64,000 bases of DNA from Eledone cirrhosa (taxonomy: Eukaryota): NCBI GenBank assembly GCA_964016885.1, contig OZ024742.1, positions 198,462,001 through 198,526,000 on the forward strand. The letters run 5' to 3'. Below the pieces are notes generated by a model that had not been told where the DNA came from, searched no databases, and saw nothing but the letters and a program-made list of their open reading frames with translations. A program made the position numbers and the translations under genes. Shown here piece by piece: positions 51,093-64,000 of this stretch; position 1 is the stretch's first letter; each line of letters starts with the position of its first letter.

Positions 51093-52014
51093 ATCAGAAA
51101 TCGTGATGATGATGCTGTTGCGTCATGGAAATTGTATGTAATTGTTCTGTTAGTGGTGGTCAGGTGATGGGTTGTTGTGGTCATGGTGGTAATAGTGGTG
51201 ATGGTGGCAGTAATCTGGGCTATGGGATGGAGGGTAAAGAATTCTTCACCTCCGGCACAGACATTGCCATCTTAAACGAAGTTCTGTATGTATATATATA
51301 CATATATATACACACAAATATATACTTATATACATACATACATACATATATTCTTATATACATATAGATATGGACATACATAATTATATACATATATACA
51401 TACATATATATATACATACATATATATATACATACATATGTACATACATACTTATATACATTTATATATACACACATATACATACATATATATACACATA
51501 CACACACGCATATATATCTATATACTTATATACATGCACACATATATAACTTATATACATACACACATATCACATATATACTCACACAGACACACACACA
51601 TATCATAATCATCATCATCATCATTGTTTAATGTCTATCTTCCATGCTAGCATGGGTTAGACGGGAATTATCTCACTCGAGGCAAAATTGAGCAGGTGAC
51701 CGTGTCTCGCTCGTATAGGACTATCCAGCAGGTTTCCTATGGCTGGATGCCCTTCCTAACACCAACCACATTTATTATATAATTATATAATTCAATACAA
51801 CAATGAAAACAATACATGGAGAAACAAAAAGCTCATTTCATTTAGTGAACTCAAATAATCAACTTTCAAGTTAAATATGGTGAGGTCATTTAATGAAACG
51901 CTTGTCCTTCCATTTTCCCATGTTATGCCTTTGTTGTAGTATTGAATTTAATATTAAAACTTGTTCCATGGGCTGAATGTTCTACACCCTAGAATCTTTA
52001 CCAAATTATTACTA

Positions 52015-52057
<43 letters not shown>

Positions 52058-52066
52058 TATATATAT

Positions 52067-52294
52067 CAGTGGCAAAGGGTAACCTGGAAAGCAAGGCATG
52101 CAGTCCAATCGCCATGGTGGAAAGTGGGGTTGTGCAGCCATACCCCCCCCCCCCTAATTCCCTCTAAATGACCCTCCCGGTCAAAGCCGCATGTAGGGTT
52201 ATCTAGTGTGTGTGTGTGTCTGTGTGTTATCTTTTTATGTGTCTACGATTTAGCAAGCAGCCACAATTCTGCTTGCTTCAACTGACGCTATTGT

Positions 52295-52349
<55 letters not shown>

Positions 52350-52470
52350 CTTTTTATGTGTCTACGATTTAGCAGGCAGCCACAGTCCTGCTTGCTTCAA
52401 CCGACGCAAATGATCAAGATACTATAACGCATACACTGCATGCGTTGCATGCACGCACCCTTCGCCCCTG
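52067..52470. mobile_element. MITE with 14-bp TIRs inserted in (TA)n
   Basis: cagtggcaaagggt ... acccttcgcccctg, with an internal duplication around (GT)n. Confidence 0.75.
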
Positions 52471-52503
<33 letters not shown>

Positions 52504-52593
52504 GAACACTGGAAGGTAATATCCGTAGTGGTAGAGCACTCAGTCCAAGGGACGAGTTAGGTAGAAGTGGTTACACAACAGTTAGTTCACCAT

Positions 52594-52635
52594 ACCGAGA
52601 ACAATTGTTTCACCTTAGTGGATCCTCAGCTCGGT
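52594..52635 (-). ncRNA. Minimal type I hammerhead ribozyme in a Penelope-type terminus (52497-52667)
   Basis: ACCGAG-CUGAGGA-UCCACUAAGGU-GAAA-CAAUUG-UU-CUCGGU; perfect 6-bp stem I, palindromic CAAUUG; inverted partial copy at 52639-52662. Confidence 0.75.
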
Positions 52636-52696
52636 TTACGAGCTGAAGATCCACTAAGGTGACCACTTATATATATATATATATATATACATATAT

Positions 52697-53587
52697 AATT
52701 ATGTAATAAACAACATGAGACAATTATTCCATTTACCAAAGGTTTAACGAAAACAGGAGAGTTCAACAGAGACGTCTGAAATTGGTCATCAGAATGAAAA
52801 TTTAATATGGACGTAAGATATGAAAGTAAAAACAAAGGCTATTACAAGTGAAAGCGAGGCTAAAATAAAATAAAATAAAATAAAATAAAAATAAGAAATA
52901 TATAAAATAAAATAACACGAAAAATATACACACTGATGCAGACCGTAAGGTTAGGGGGTAAAAATAAATACATATATATATACATATATACCTACACTTG
53001 CACACACATATATATATACGCACATATACATACACACATACAGACATATATACACACACACACATATATATATATATATACACACACACACATATATATA
53101 TACATACACACACATACATATATACATACACACACACACATATATATACATACGCACACACACACACACATATATATACATACACACACACATATATATA
53201 TACATACACACACACACATACACATATATATATATAAACATGCATGAGTATACATAGATACAAACATAAGCAGATTTCGAGTTATTGACTTAATAAATAT
53301 ATCCATCTGACCAGACAGCCGAGAAAGAAAAAAAAAAAAAATATTAAGGTATAAAAATATACAAAATATAAACACACGCACGCACACATGTATTTTATTT
53401 TATATATTTTTTATTTTATTTCAGACTTGCTTTCACTTGTAATAGACTTTGTTTTTACTTTCATATCTTACGTCCATATTAAATTTTCATGCTGATGACC
53501 AATTTCAGACGTCTCTGTTGAGCTCGCCTGTCTTCATGAAACCTTTGGTAAATGGAATAATTGTCTTATGTTGTTTATTACATAATT
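52697..53587. mobile_element. Inverted Penelope-type termini (52697-52930 vs 53385-53587) with a degenerate hammerhead
   Basis: Right arm: UUUCAUG-CUGAUGA-...-GAAA-CCUUUGG-UA-AAUGGAA; stem II does not close cleanly. Confidence 0.65.
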
Positions 53588-54120
53588 AAATAACTCTGTA
53601 GCATACATAGAGCACTCTCCCTTCCTTTACCCTTCTTACGGAAATACTTCAGATTTATATATATATATATATATATAAAACGAAGGAAGTGTGTTAAGGA
53701 ACCAGAAATAGCTGTCGAAACGGGCTTGTGCTCTGCCGTCGCGGTTAAACATTTTCCTATATATATATATATATATATATATACATACATACACATATAT
53801 GTATACATATATATATATACATATATATACATATACATATATATACATACATATACATATATATATACACATATATATATATACATACATATATATATAC
53901 ACATATATATATACATATATATATACACATATATATATACATATATATATACACATATATATATACACATATATATATACATATATATATATACATACAT
54001 ATATATACATATATATATAAATATATATACATATATATATATACATATATATATAAATATATATACATATATATATATACATATATATATAAATATATAT
54101 ACATATATATATATACATAC

Positions 54121-54153
<33 letters not shown>

Positions 54154-54200
54154 CATACATATATATATACACATATATATATACACATATATATATACAC

Positions 54201-54235
<35 letters not shown>

Positions 54236-54285
54236 CATATAGATACATATATATATATACATATAGATACATATATATATGTACA

Positions 54286-54348
<63 letters not shown>

Positions 54349-54361
54349 ATATACATATACA

Positions 54362-54414
<53 letters not shown>

Positions 54415-54435
54415 ATATATATATACAAATATATA

Positions 54436-54570
54436 CAAATATCATCATGTAATAACATTTGTGTTTTCATCAGATGAAATCACAAATGTTATTGCATGAT
54501 GATATTTGTTTTTGAAATGCGCATAATAAAATACATGGAACTCTTTTAACCATCTTTTGATCTGATATAT
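54436..54570 (+). mobile_element. 5'-inverted truncated copy of the 58643 hammerhead family
   Basis: Fold-back junction inside the CUGAUGA core (…tttcatcagatgaaat…); tail matches 58680-58740. Confidence 0.8.
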
Positions 54571-54727
54571 TATATATATATATATACATATATAGATACA
54601 TATATATATATATATATACATATATAGATACATATATATATATATATATATATACATATATAGATACATATATATATATATATATACATATATAGATACA
54701 TATATATATATATATATATATACATAT

Positions 54728-54768
<41 letters not shown>

Positions 54769-55295
54769 TACATACATATATATATATATATATATACATA
54801 TATACATATATACATACATATATATATATACACATATATACATACATATATATATATACACATATATACATACATATATACATATATACATACATATATA
54901 TATATACACATATATACATACATATATATATATACACATATATACATACATATATATATATACATATATACATACATATATATATATACATACATATATA
55001 TATATACATATATACATACATATATATATATACATATATACATACATATATATATATATATACATACATATATATATATATACATATATAGATACATATA
55101 TATATATATACATATATAGATACATATATATATATATATACATATATAGATACATATATATATATATACATATATAGATACATATATAGATACATATATA
55201 GATACATATATATATATATATACATATATAGATACATATATATATATATACATATATAGATACATATATAGATACATATATAGATACATATGTAT

Positions 55296-55497
55296 AGGAA
55301 ATGCCAGTTGAAGGAAGACGTGGTAGAGGTAGACCACGAAAAACATGGGCGGAGGTGGTGAGAACAGACCTCAGATCGTTGAAGCTCACGGTGGAGATGA
55401 CGAGGGACCGTGACGAGTGGAGAGATGCTGTGCTGAATAAGACCCGTCCCACCCTTGCAAGCAGGGAAAAGCGGACGTAAAATGATGATGATGATGA
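55296..55497 (+). mobile_element. RTE 3' end fragment
   Basis: Near-identical to the reverse complement of 11787-11988. Confidence 0.88.
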
Positions 55498-55930
55498 TAT
55501 ATATATATACATATATATATATACATATATACATATACATATATACCTATATACATATACATATATACATATACATATATATATATATATACATATACAT
55601 ATACATATATACATATACATATACATATATACATATATATATATACATATATATATATACATATACATATATACATATATATACATATATACATATACAT
55701 ATACATATATACATATATACATATACATATACATATATATATACATATATATATATATATACATACATATATACATATACATATATATATATATATACAT
55801 ATACACATATACATATATATATACATACACATATATATATATATATATATACATACATATATACATATACATATACACATACATATACACATACATATAT
55901 ATATACATATACATATATATATACATATAC

Positions 55931-55973
<43 letters not shown>

Positions 55974-56132
55974 TATACATATATATATATATATACATAT
56001 ACACATATATATATATATATACATATACACATATATATATATATACATATATATACATATACATATATACATATACATATATATATACATATACATACAT
56101 ATACATACATACATATATATATATATACATAC

Positions 56133-56165
<33 letters not shown>

Positions 56166-56170
56166 CATAC

Positions 56171-56201
<31 letters not shown>

Positions 56202-56206
56202 CATAC

Positions 56207-56237
<31 letters not shown>

Positions 56238-56242
56238 CATAC

Positions 56243-56273
<31 letters not shown>

Positions 56274-56278
56274 CATAC

Positions 56279-56309
<31 letters not shown>

Positions 56310-56337
56310 CATACATATATATATATACATACATATA

Positions 56338-57248
56338 TAACTTTGAATAACTTTGAAATGTTTTGGCCAGTATTGGCCCAGGCCATGTCTAACTTAATAG
56401 CACCACCTGGCGAAGTCTTTCAATTCAGGATTTGGGCACCATGGCCCATTCGAGAAGAGAATTACTGTTTGCGGAGACATATCCGGGTGTGGGTGGTTTG
56501 TCCGGGATTACTTGGAGGAATTTGTCCAAAGACTTCTTGAATTTTGTGTGGTCAGTTTCTGTTTTGACGTGTCCTGGTGTGATGTTGAAGAGAGCAGGGC
56601 CGATTGAGGTGAAATAATTGTGCCGTATTGTTGTTATGAGTTGCGATTTAGATTTTTGAATGGGACGGATAGCACGGGGCCCAAGCCTTGGGTGTATCTT
56701 GAAGGCGATGCCAACATCATTTGGGCAGTGATGATGGAACATTTTCCACATCATGCAGATAATATAACGCTCACGGCGACGTTGGAGTGAGTAAAGTTTC
56801 AGGTTTTCCAATCGACCCCAGTAGTCAAGGTCTGACATGCCATCTATCTTTTTCGTGATTGCCCTTTGAGGAGCTTCAAGTTTCATGATACTTTGTTTCG
56901 TGTGGGGAGACCACAGTGGACAACAGTATTCAAGGTGTGGTCGGGCGAAAGTAGAGAAGAGAAGGATAATGGTGCGGGAATCTCTCGACTGGAAGGTTCT
57001 GAGGATCCAGGAACACATTCTGCGGGCCATGTCAACTTTGCTGCTTATATGCGTGGTCCAGCTTATGTTGCTGTCCACGGTTACTCCCAAGTCTCTGATG
57101 TTGTTAGATGCCACGAGAGTTTCCCCGGAGGGAAGGGAGTACGGGAGTTTCAGAGCATCCTCTTTTCCAAAGTGGATCAGTTCGAATTTGTCTTCGTTCA
57201 GTAACATGTTGTTCTTTTCTGCCCATTGGGTAACAGCCAGTAGGTCTG
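56338..57248 (-). mobile_element. 5'-truncated CR1-group LINE (open RT C-terminal region plus 3' UTR) in (TA)n
   Basis: [20 protein letters not shown]...[10 protein letters not shown]...[14 protein letters not shown]...[10 protein letters not shown]. Confidence 0.88.
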
Positions 57249-57309
57249 TATATATATATATATACATATATATATATACATACATATATATATACATACA
57301 TATATATAT

Positions 57310-57364
<55 letters not shown>

Positions 57365-57447
57365 TATATACACATATATATATACATATACATATATATA
57401 TACATACATATATATATACATATACATATATATACATATATATATAC

Positions 57448-57497
<50 letters not shown>

Positions 57498-57516
57498 ACA
57501 TATACATATATATACA

Positions 57517-57582
<66 letters not shown>

Positions 57583-57700
57583 CATATATATACATATATA
57601 TAAATATATATATACACATATATATATACATATATATATATATACATATATATATATACACATATATATACATATATATACATACATATATATATATACT

Positions 57701-57732
<32 letters not shown>

Positions 57733-58137
57733 CACATATATATACATATATATATATTCATATATATATATATACATATATATATACATACATATATATA
57801 TACATACATATATATATACATATACATATATATACATACATATATACATAGATACATACATATATACATTCATATATATACATACATATATATATATACA
57901 TATACATATATATACATACATATATACATAGCTACATACATATATACATTCATATATATACATACATATATATATATAATATTAGGGATACTATTTATGG
58001 TTATGTATATACTAAAACTTTTTATAGTTACGTATATTTTAACCCTAAACAGTGAAAGACAGTAATTTATTACTACCTTAGTACCAGTAAGATAAATAGC
58101 TCAATGTAAGAACATCAGTTGTTCTACAGAGCAGTTA

Positions 58138-58502
58138 TATAGAATTCACAAGAATCAAAGCTATGTTCAAAGCATTTATTCACTTACAATTGTTTCATCC
58201 AAACCTAGACTTGGAGTATTCAGAGCATTTTTCAATGTTTGTACACATAATTGACCTCCTTTCAAACGCAAGAGACATACAGATACATATATATATATTG
58301 ATAGTATAGTATAATATATGCCACTCCACTGTACATCAATATATATATATATGTATCTGTATGTCTCTTGCGTTTGAAAGGAGGTCAATTATGTGTACAA
58401 ACATTGAAAAATGCTCCGAAGACCTCAAGCCTAGGTTTGGATGAAACAATTGTAAGTGAATAAAGGCTTTGAACATAGCTTTGATTCTTGTGAATTCTAT
58501 AT
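58138..58502. mobile_element. Palindromic Penelope-type element, each arm with a hammerhead (58181-58227 minus; 58412-58458 plus)
   Basis: ~165-bp inverted arms. Consensus UGCU-CUGAAGA-C-UCCAAGCC-UA-GGUUUGGA-U-GAAA-CAAUUG-UA-AGUG; each arm has one different core substitution. Confidence 0.8.
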
Positions 58503-58505
58503 ACA

Positions 58506-58574
<69 letters not shown>

Positions 58575-58642
58575 GGATTAAAAATATGATATGTTGATTT
58601 CACTATTCACAAGTGTTTTTTAACCTTCATATCAGGTATCCC

Positions 58643-58710
58643 TATTTTATCTGATGAAAACGCAGATGTCATCTCATGATATTTGTTTTTGAAATGCGCA
58701 TAATAAAATA
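58643..58710 (+). ncRNA. Intact type I hammerhead ribozyme candidate
   Basis: UAUUUUAU-CUGAUGA-AAACGCAGAUGUCAU-CUC-AUGAUAUUUGUUUUU-GAAA-UGCGCA-UA-AUAAAAUA; 8-bp stem I, 14/15-bp stem II, palindromic UGCGCA. Confidence 0.85.
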
Positions 58711-58816
58711 CTTGGAAATCTTTTAACAATCTTTTGATCTTATATTATACATACATATACATATATATATATATATATACATATATATTGATATATACAT
58801 ATATATAAATATATAC

Positions 58817-58847
<31 letters not shown>

Positions 58848-59222
58848 CATATATATATAATGGAGGCACATGGCTTAGTGGTTAGAGCATTGGCCTTGCA
58901 ATCGAAAGGTTGTGAGTTCAATTCTCAGACTGGGTGATGTGTTGTTTCCTTGAGCAAGACACTTTATTTCACATTGCTCCAGTTTACTCAGCTGTAGAAA
59001 TGAGATGATAGGGACTAGGGTCCATATCATTCCACTGAGGTTGGTGTTAGGAAGGGCATCCAGCTGTAGAAATCAAGCCAGAATCAGTTCCCGTCCCACC
59101 CTTGCAAGCAGGGAAAAGCGGACGTAAAATGAAATGATGATGATGATGAATGATATATACATATATATATATGTATATATATATATCCATATATATATAC
59201 ATACATATATATATATATACAC

Positions 59223-59253
<31 letters not shown>

Positions 59254-59823
59254 CACATATATATATATATACACATATATATATATATATACATATATAC
59301 ACATATATACATATATACACATATATATATATATATATATACATATATACACATATATATATATATACATATATACACATATATATACATATATATACAT
59401 ATATACACATATATATACATATATACATACATACATATATACATACATATATACATATATATATATACATATATATATATAGATATATATATACACATAT
59501 ATATATATACATATATATTTATTAAAATAACAGATGTATACATATATATATGTATACATATATATACATATATATATGTATACATATATGTATACATATA
59601 TATATACATACATATATGTATACATATATATATACATATATATATGTATACATATATATATACATACATATATGTATACATATATATATACATACATATA
59701 TGTATACATATATACACATACATACATATACGTATACATATACATATATACATATATATATACATATATATATGTATACATATATATATATATACATATA
59801 TATATATGTATCTATCTATCTAT

Positions 59824-60150
59824 CTAAGGCGGGTAAAATTCCCGAGATCCATGGACGAGTTCTCTCCAGCGGTCTCTGTCCCTCATTATCGCTGCCATAT
59901 CCTGCATCTCCAATAGACCTGAGTCTGTCCTTAGAGCATCAACATACGTTAACCTTGGTCTTCCTCTTCTAGTGTGTCCATGTAGGGGCTCCCAAAGGAG
60001 CACTGAGTGCAATGTCAACTCTGGATGTCGGTGAGCATGTCCAGCTAACCTCAGTCTCCTCTGTGTCACTTTTGAGCTGACTTTTGGGATGCTCCCATAC
60101 AGCTCTGAGTTTTTCATCCTCAGTATATACTGATTAATGTTCAAAGCCAT
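59824..60150 (-). mobile_element. RTE/RTEX-like LINE 3' fragment
   Basis: [29 protein letters not shown]...[21 protein letters not shown]. Confidence 0.85.
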
Positions 60151-61316
60151 ATATGTATACATATATATATATATATGTATATATATACATATATATATAT
60201 GTATATATATACATATATATATACATATATATATATGTATATATATACATATATATATATACATATATATATACATATATATATACATATATATACATAC
60301 ATATATATATATACATATATATATATACATATATATATACACATATATATATACATACATATATATATACATATAAATGTATACATATATATATGTATAC
60401 ATATATATATACATATATATATGTATATGTATACATATATATATACATATATATATACATATATATATACATATATATATGTATACATATATATATATAC
60501 ATATATATATACATATATATATGTATACATATATATATATACATATATATATACATATATATATACATATATATATACATATATATATATACATATATAT
60601 ATACATACATACATATACATATATATATATACATACATATATATACATATATATATGTATACATATATATATACATATATATATACATATATATATACAT
60701 ATATATATACATATATATATACATATATATATACACATATATATACACATATATATATACATACATATATATACATATACATATATATATATACATATAT
60801 ATATATATACATATATATATGTATACATATATATATACATATATATATACATATATATATACATATATATATACACATATATATATACATACATATATAT
60901 ATACATACATATATATACATATATATACATACATATATATACATATATATATATACATACATATATATACATATATATATACATATATATACATATATAT
61001 ATACATACATATATATACATATATATATACATATATATATGTATATATATACATATATATATGTATATATATACATATATATATGTATATATATATATAT
61101 GTATACATATATATATATATGTATACATATATATATATATATATGTATACATATATATACATGTATACATATATGTATATGTATACATATATGTATGTAT
61201 GTATACATATATATATATGTATACATATATGTATATGTATACATATATGTATATATAGATATATATGTATATATATACATAGATATAGATATATATGTAT
61301 ATATATACATAGATAT

Positions 61317-61363
<47 letters not shown>

Positions 61364-61398
61364 TATATACACATATATACATATATATATACACATAT

Positions 61399-61445
<47 letters not shown>

Positions 61446-61519
61446 TATGTAGACGTAATTTCATTTCATTTTTTCGGGACCCCGACGCCTGAGCTCCAGC
61501 CAACAGTTACTACCTCCAT

Positions 61520-61570
<51 letters not shown>

Positions 61571-61609
61571 CATACATACATATATATATATATATAAAGG
61601 GTATATGAA

Positions 61610-61835
61610 TAAAGGGTATAGAGCCTCGTCAGTCACGAATGACCATGGGATTTGCACTTAAAAAGTTCCTCTTCGAGACATGAGTCCAGGCACGGTTGTT
61701 TGTGGAAGATGAGCAATCGGCCATGCTTACCAGTTTCCTCTGTCCACGCCACCGATGCTGTCCAAGGGAAAGGCAATGGCCGATACACCTTGGCACCAGT
61801 GATGTCACAACTAACTTCCACAGCCGAGTGAATAC
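61610..61835 (-). mobile_element. GC-rich SINE-like island (probable 3' part of a SINE) in (TA)n
   Basis: Unique GC-rich block between microsatellites; family not established from sequence alone. Confidence 0.45.
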
Positions 61836-62147
61836 GTATATATGGATGTGTCTGCATGTATATATGTATGTGTATCTATATATGTATACATACATATATG
61901 TATATATATATATATATATATGTATCTATATATGTATACATACATATATGTATATATATATATATATATGTATCTATATATGTATACATACATATATGTA
62001 TATATATATATATGTATACATACATATATGTATACATACATATATGTATACATACATATATGTATACATACATATATGTATATATATATATGTATACATA
62101 CATATATGTATACATACATATATGTATATATATATATGTATACATAC

Positions 62148-62188
<41 letters not shown>

Positions 62189-62260
62189 TACATATATCTA
62201 TGTATACATACACATACATATATCTATATATACACACACACATATATATGCATGTGTATG

Positions 62261-62293
<33 letters not shown>

Positions 62294-62369
62294 ATATATA
62301 TATATCCTCATCATCATCATCGTTTTAATTTTCACTTTCCCTGTTAATGTTAAAACTATGATGATGATG

Positions 62370-62406
<37 letters not shown>

Positions 62407-62641
62407 CAAATTTGTACAAATGTTGATTCCAGAGATAGACTGTGGTAATGTTTATGGTGCCAAACATACTTACAGGCATACGCACACAAACATACATACA
62501 CACACACACACACACAGACCTGAATATTTGAAAAACCTGGCCAACACACACACACACACATCATGATCATGCTCATAATTATCACTGTCATCATCATCAT
62601 CATCATCATCATCCTCATCATGATAATCATATGGCATCAGT

Positions 62642-62827
62642 TCAGACTGTTTCCTCAGCTATCTCCCTCTTTACTAATGTGAATGTCTCTCGGTGACCAT
62701 TCTCTCGTACAACTTCCAGCTGTGCTGGATCATCGTTATCTTCCTCGCTGCTGTCGAAGTCATGTTTGCCGGAGGATGACTTATGCTTAGCTTGTGCATC
62801 TATCTGGCCCTGGATAGAGTTTCGTAG
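62642..62827 (-). CDS. Probable terminal coding exon of an unidentified upstream gene (LRNSIQGQIDAQAKHK...TFTLVKREIAEETV*)
   Basis: tgtgtttcag acceptor, 62 codons of non-repetitive higher-GC sequence ending in TGA, then (GAT)n/(GT)n 3'UTR-like sequence. The C-terminal ETV fits a class I PDZ-ligand-like end. Confidence 0.7.
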   Translation of the reverse strand, partial: LRNSIQGQIDAQAKHKSSSGKHDFDSSEEDNDDPAQLEVVRENGHRETFTLVKREIAEETV

Positions 62828-63854
62828 CTGAAACACAATGATAAAGTTTGGCTAGATTATTAGTATTATTATTGTTGTTATTGTTATTATTATTTTAAAT
62901 ATATGAAATCATTATGTGTTAAGCAATGATGTATGGATGATGTAGGGACCTCCTTCTGTCATTAAAGCACCTAAAAGACCACCTTGAAGATGGAACTTCA
63001 TAGGAGGCTGACTAAATCTATGCAATGGTGAGCTGTGATAACAACACACACATATATATATATATATATATTGAAGAAAAGACATATATAAACACTGTGT
63101 AAGGAGTAAATTTTGTTTTTAAATGTATTGCCTTCTCCTCCATATATTTTTGCTTATATATATAGAGAGGGAGAGAGAGAAAGCGACTATTATCCAATTG
63201 GGTAACTAGGTACTTGATACTTTAACCATTAGTCATTATTCATTAACCTTTAGTCATTATCCATTAATCATCAGTCATTATTCATTAGACAAAGCCCAGC
63301 CAAAATGCGGTCCTGCGGCGAGCAAGGTATGGCATGGCCAACAAGCCAGACATTCCTCATAATGGGATCAACCAGCTCCCAAAATACGGTTCTGCTATGA
63401 GCAAGTTACGACATGGTCAACTGGCCAGACTTGTCACATAACAAGAACAACCCACCTAACCCATGCAAGGGTGGAAAAAATAGATGTTAAATGGTGATGA
63501 TGTTGATATACACACATACATAATGAACATCATCGGTCAATGTCTATTTTTCCATGTTTGCATAGGTTAGCTGGGTTGTCACATTATGAGGCAATTCAGG
63601 TCAGGTGACTATGCCTTGCTCACACAGATCTGTATTTGGCTAATTCCAAACACCAATCATGTTACAGTGCCAATTGGTTACTTTTTATCATGGCATAAAA
63701 AAGACCATCCAACAGGCTAGACTGGGTGCTTAGTTGTTATAGCACCAGATCACCATACGGGGTGGATTTTGATTTTATATATACATATATATCCATATGT
63801 GGTTGACGGCTGAGAGAAAGGAGCACTCAATACCGAAGTAGAGTTTTAATATTC

Positions 63855-63940
63855 AATATTATTAAGGCTAAAAAATGACCCTGCGATAAACAGGTGAAAC
63901 TCCAGAGTAACAAAACTTACTTTTTAGCCTTAATTATTAA
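63855..63940 (+). mobile_element. 5'-inverted Penelope-type terminus with a hammerhead truncated in the core
   Basis: AUGA-C-CCUG-CGAUAAA-CAGG-U-GAAA-CUCCAGAG-UA, flanked by inverted ttaaggctaaaaa / tttttagccttaa. Confidence 0.65.
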
Positions 63941-64000
63941 CCATCTTGCCAACAACAACCCTGAGTACATTTTTGATTTCCATGTGTCTAACACACGTGG

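Larger units (their letters stand above)
50036..62405. repeat. Compound (TA)n/(TACA)n/(CA)n microsatellite fields interspersed with short mobile-element islands
   Basis: Directly visible; source of the many YI/HI-repeat ORFs. Confidence 0.97.

Noticed and set aside
58862-58935. tRNA genes at SINE heads (also 37058, 37691, 15788, 29705)
   Set aside because: No complete cloverleaf or acceptor stem; they continue into shared SINE bodies.
50000-62630. Numerous long YI/HI/CV-rich ORFs
   Set aside because: Translations of (TA)n/(CA)n microsatellites. Only the embedded LINE segments (56425-57248, 59824-60150) are protein-derived.

Overview
Eukaryotic, AT-rich, repeat-dense DNA, most likely octopus/coleoid cephalopod (inferred from (TA)n/(CA)n/(CAT)n load, tRNA-SINEs and RTE LINEs). 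The minus strand carries coding exons 1-8 of importin-11 (IPO11; 41031 to 3466, continuing past the left edge) with consistent GT-AG phases. It also carries a probable terminal exon of an unidentified upstream gene (62827-62642, ending ...EETV*). The rest is a 3.4-kb 33-bp minisatellite, microsatellite fields, and decayed RTE, RTEX, CR1, L1/Tx1, CRE, Penelope, mariner, hAT, TTAA-MITE, Helitron-like and SINE copies. The most striking signal, missed by the ORF track, is about a dozen type I hammerhead-ribozyme motifs from unrelated sequence families. They sit in short, often inverted, (TA)n-flanked Penelope-type termini. They include two independent U3-A8 core variants, one with a predicted 7-bp stem I/loop II pseudoknot, and several lie sense within IPO11 introns. 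There are also partial duplications of IPO11 exons 2 and 8, and the minisatellite unit resembles the exon 8 5' end. All structures were folded by eye; none was tested.
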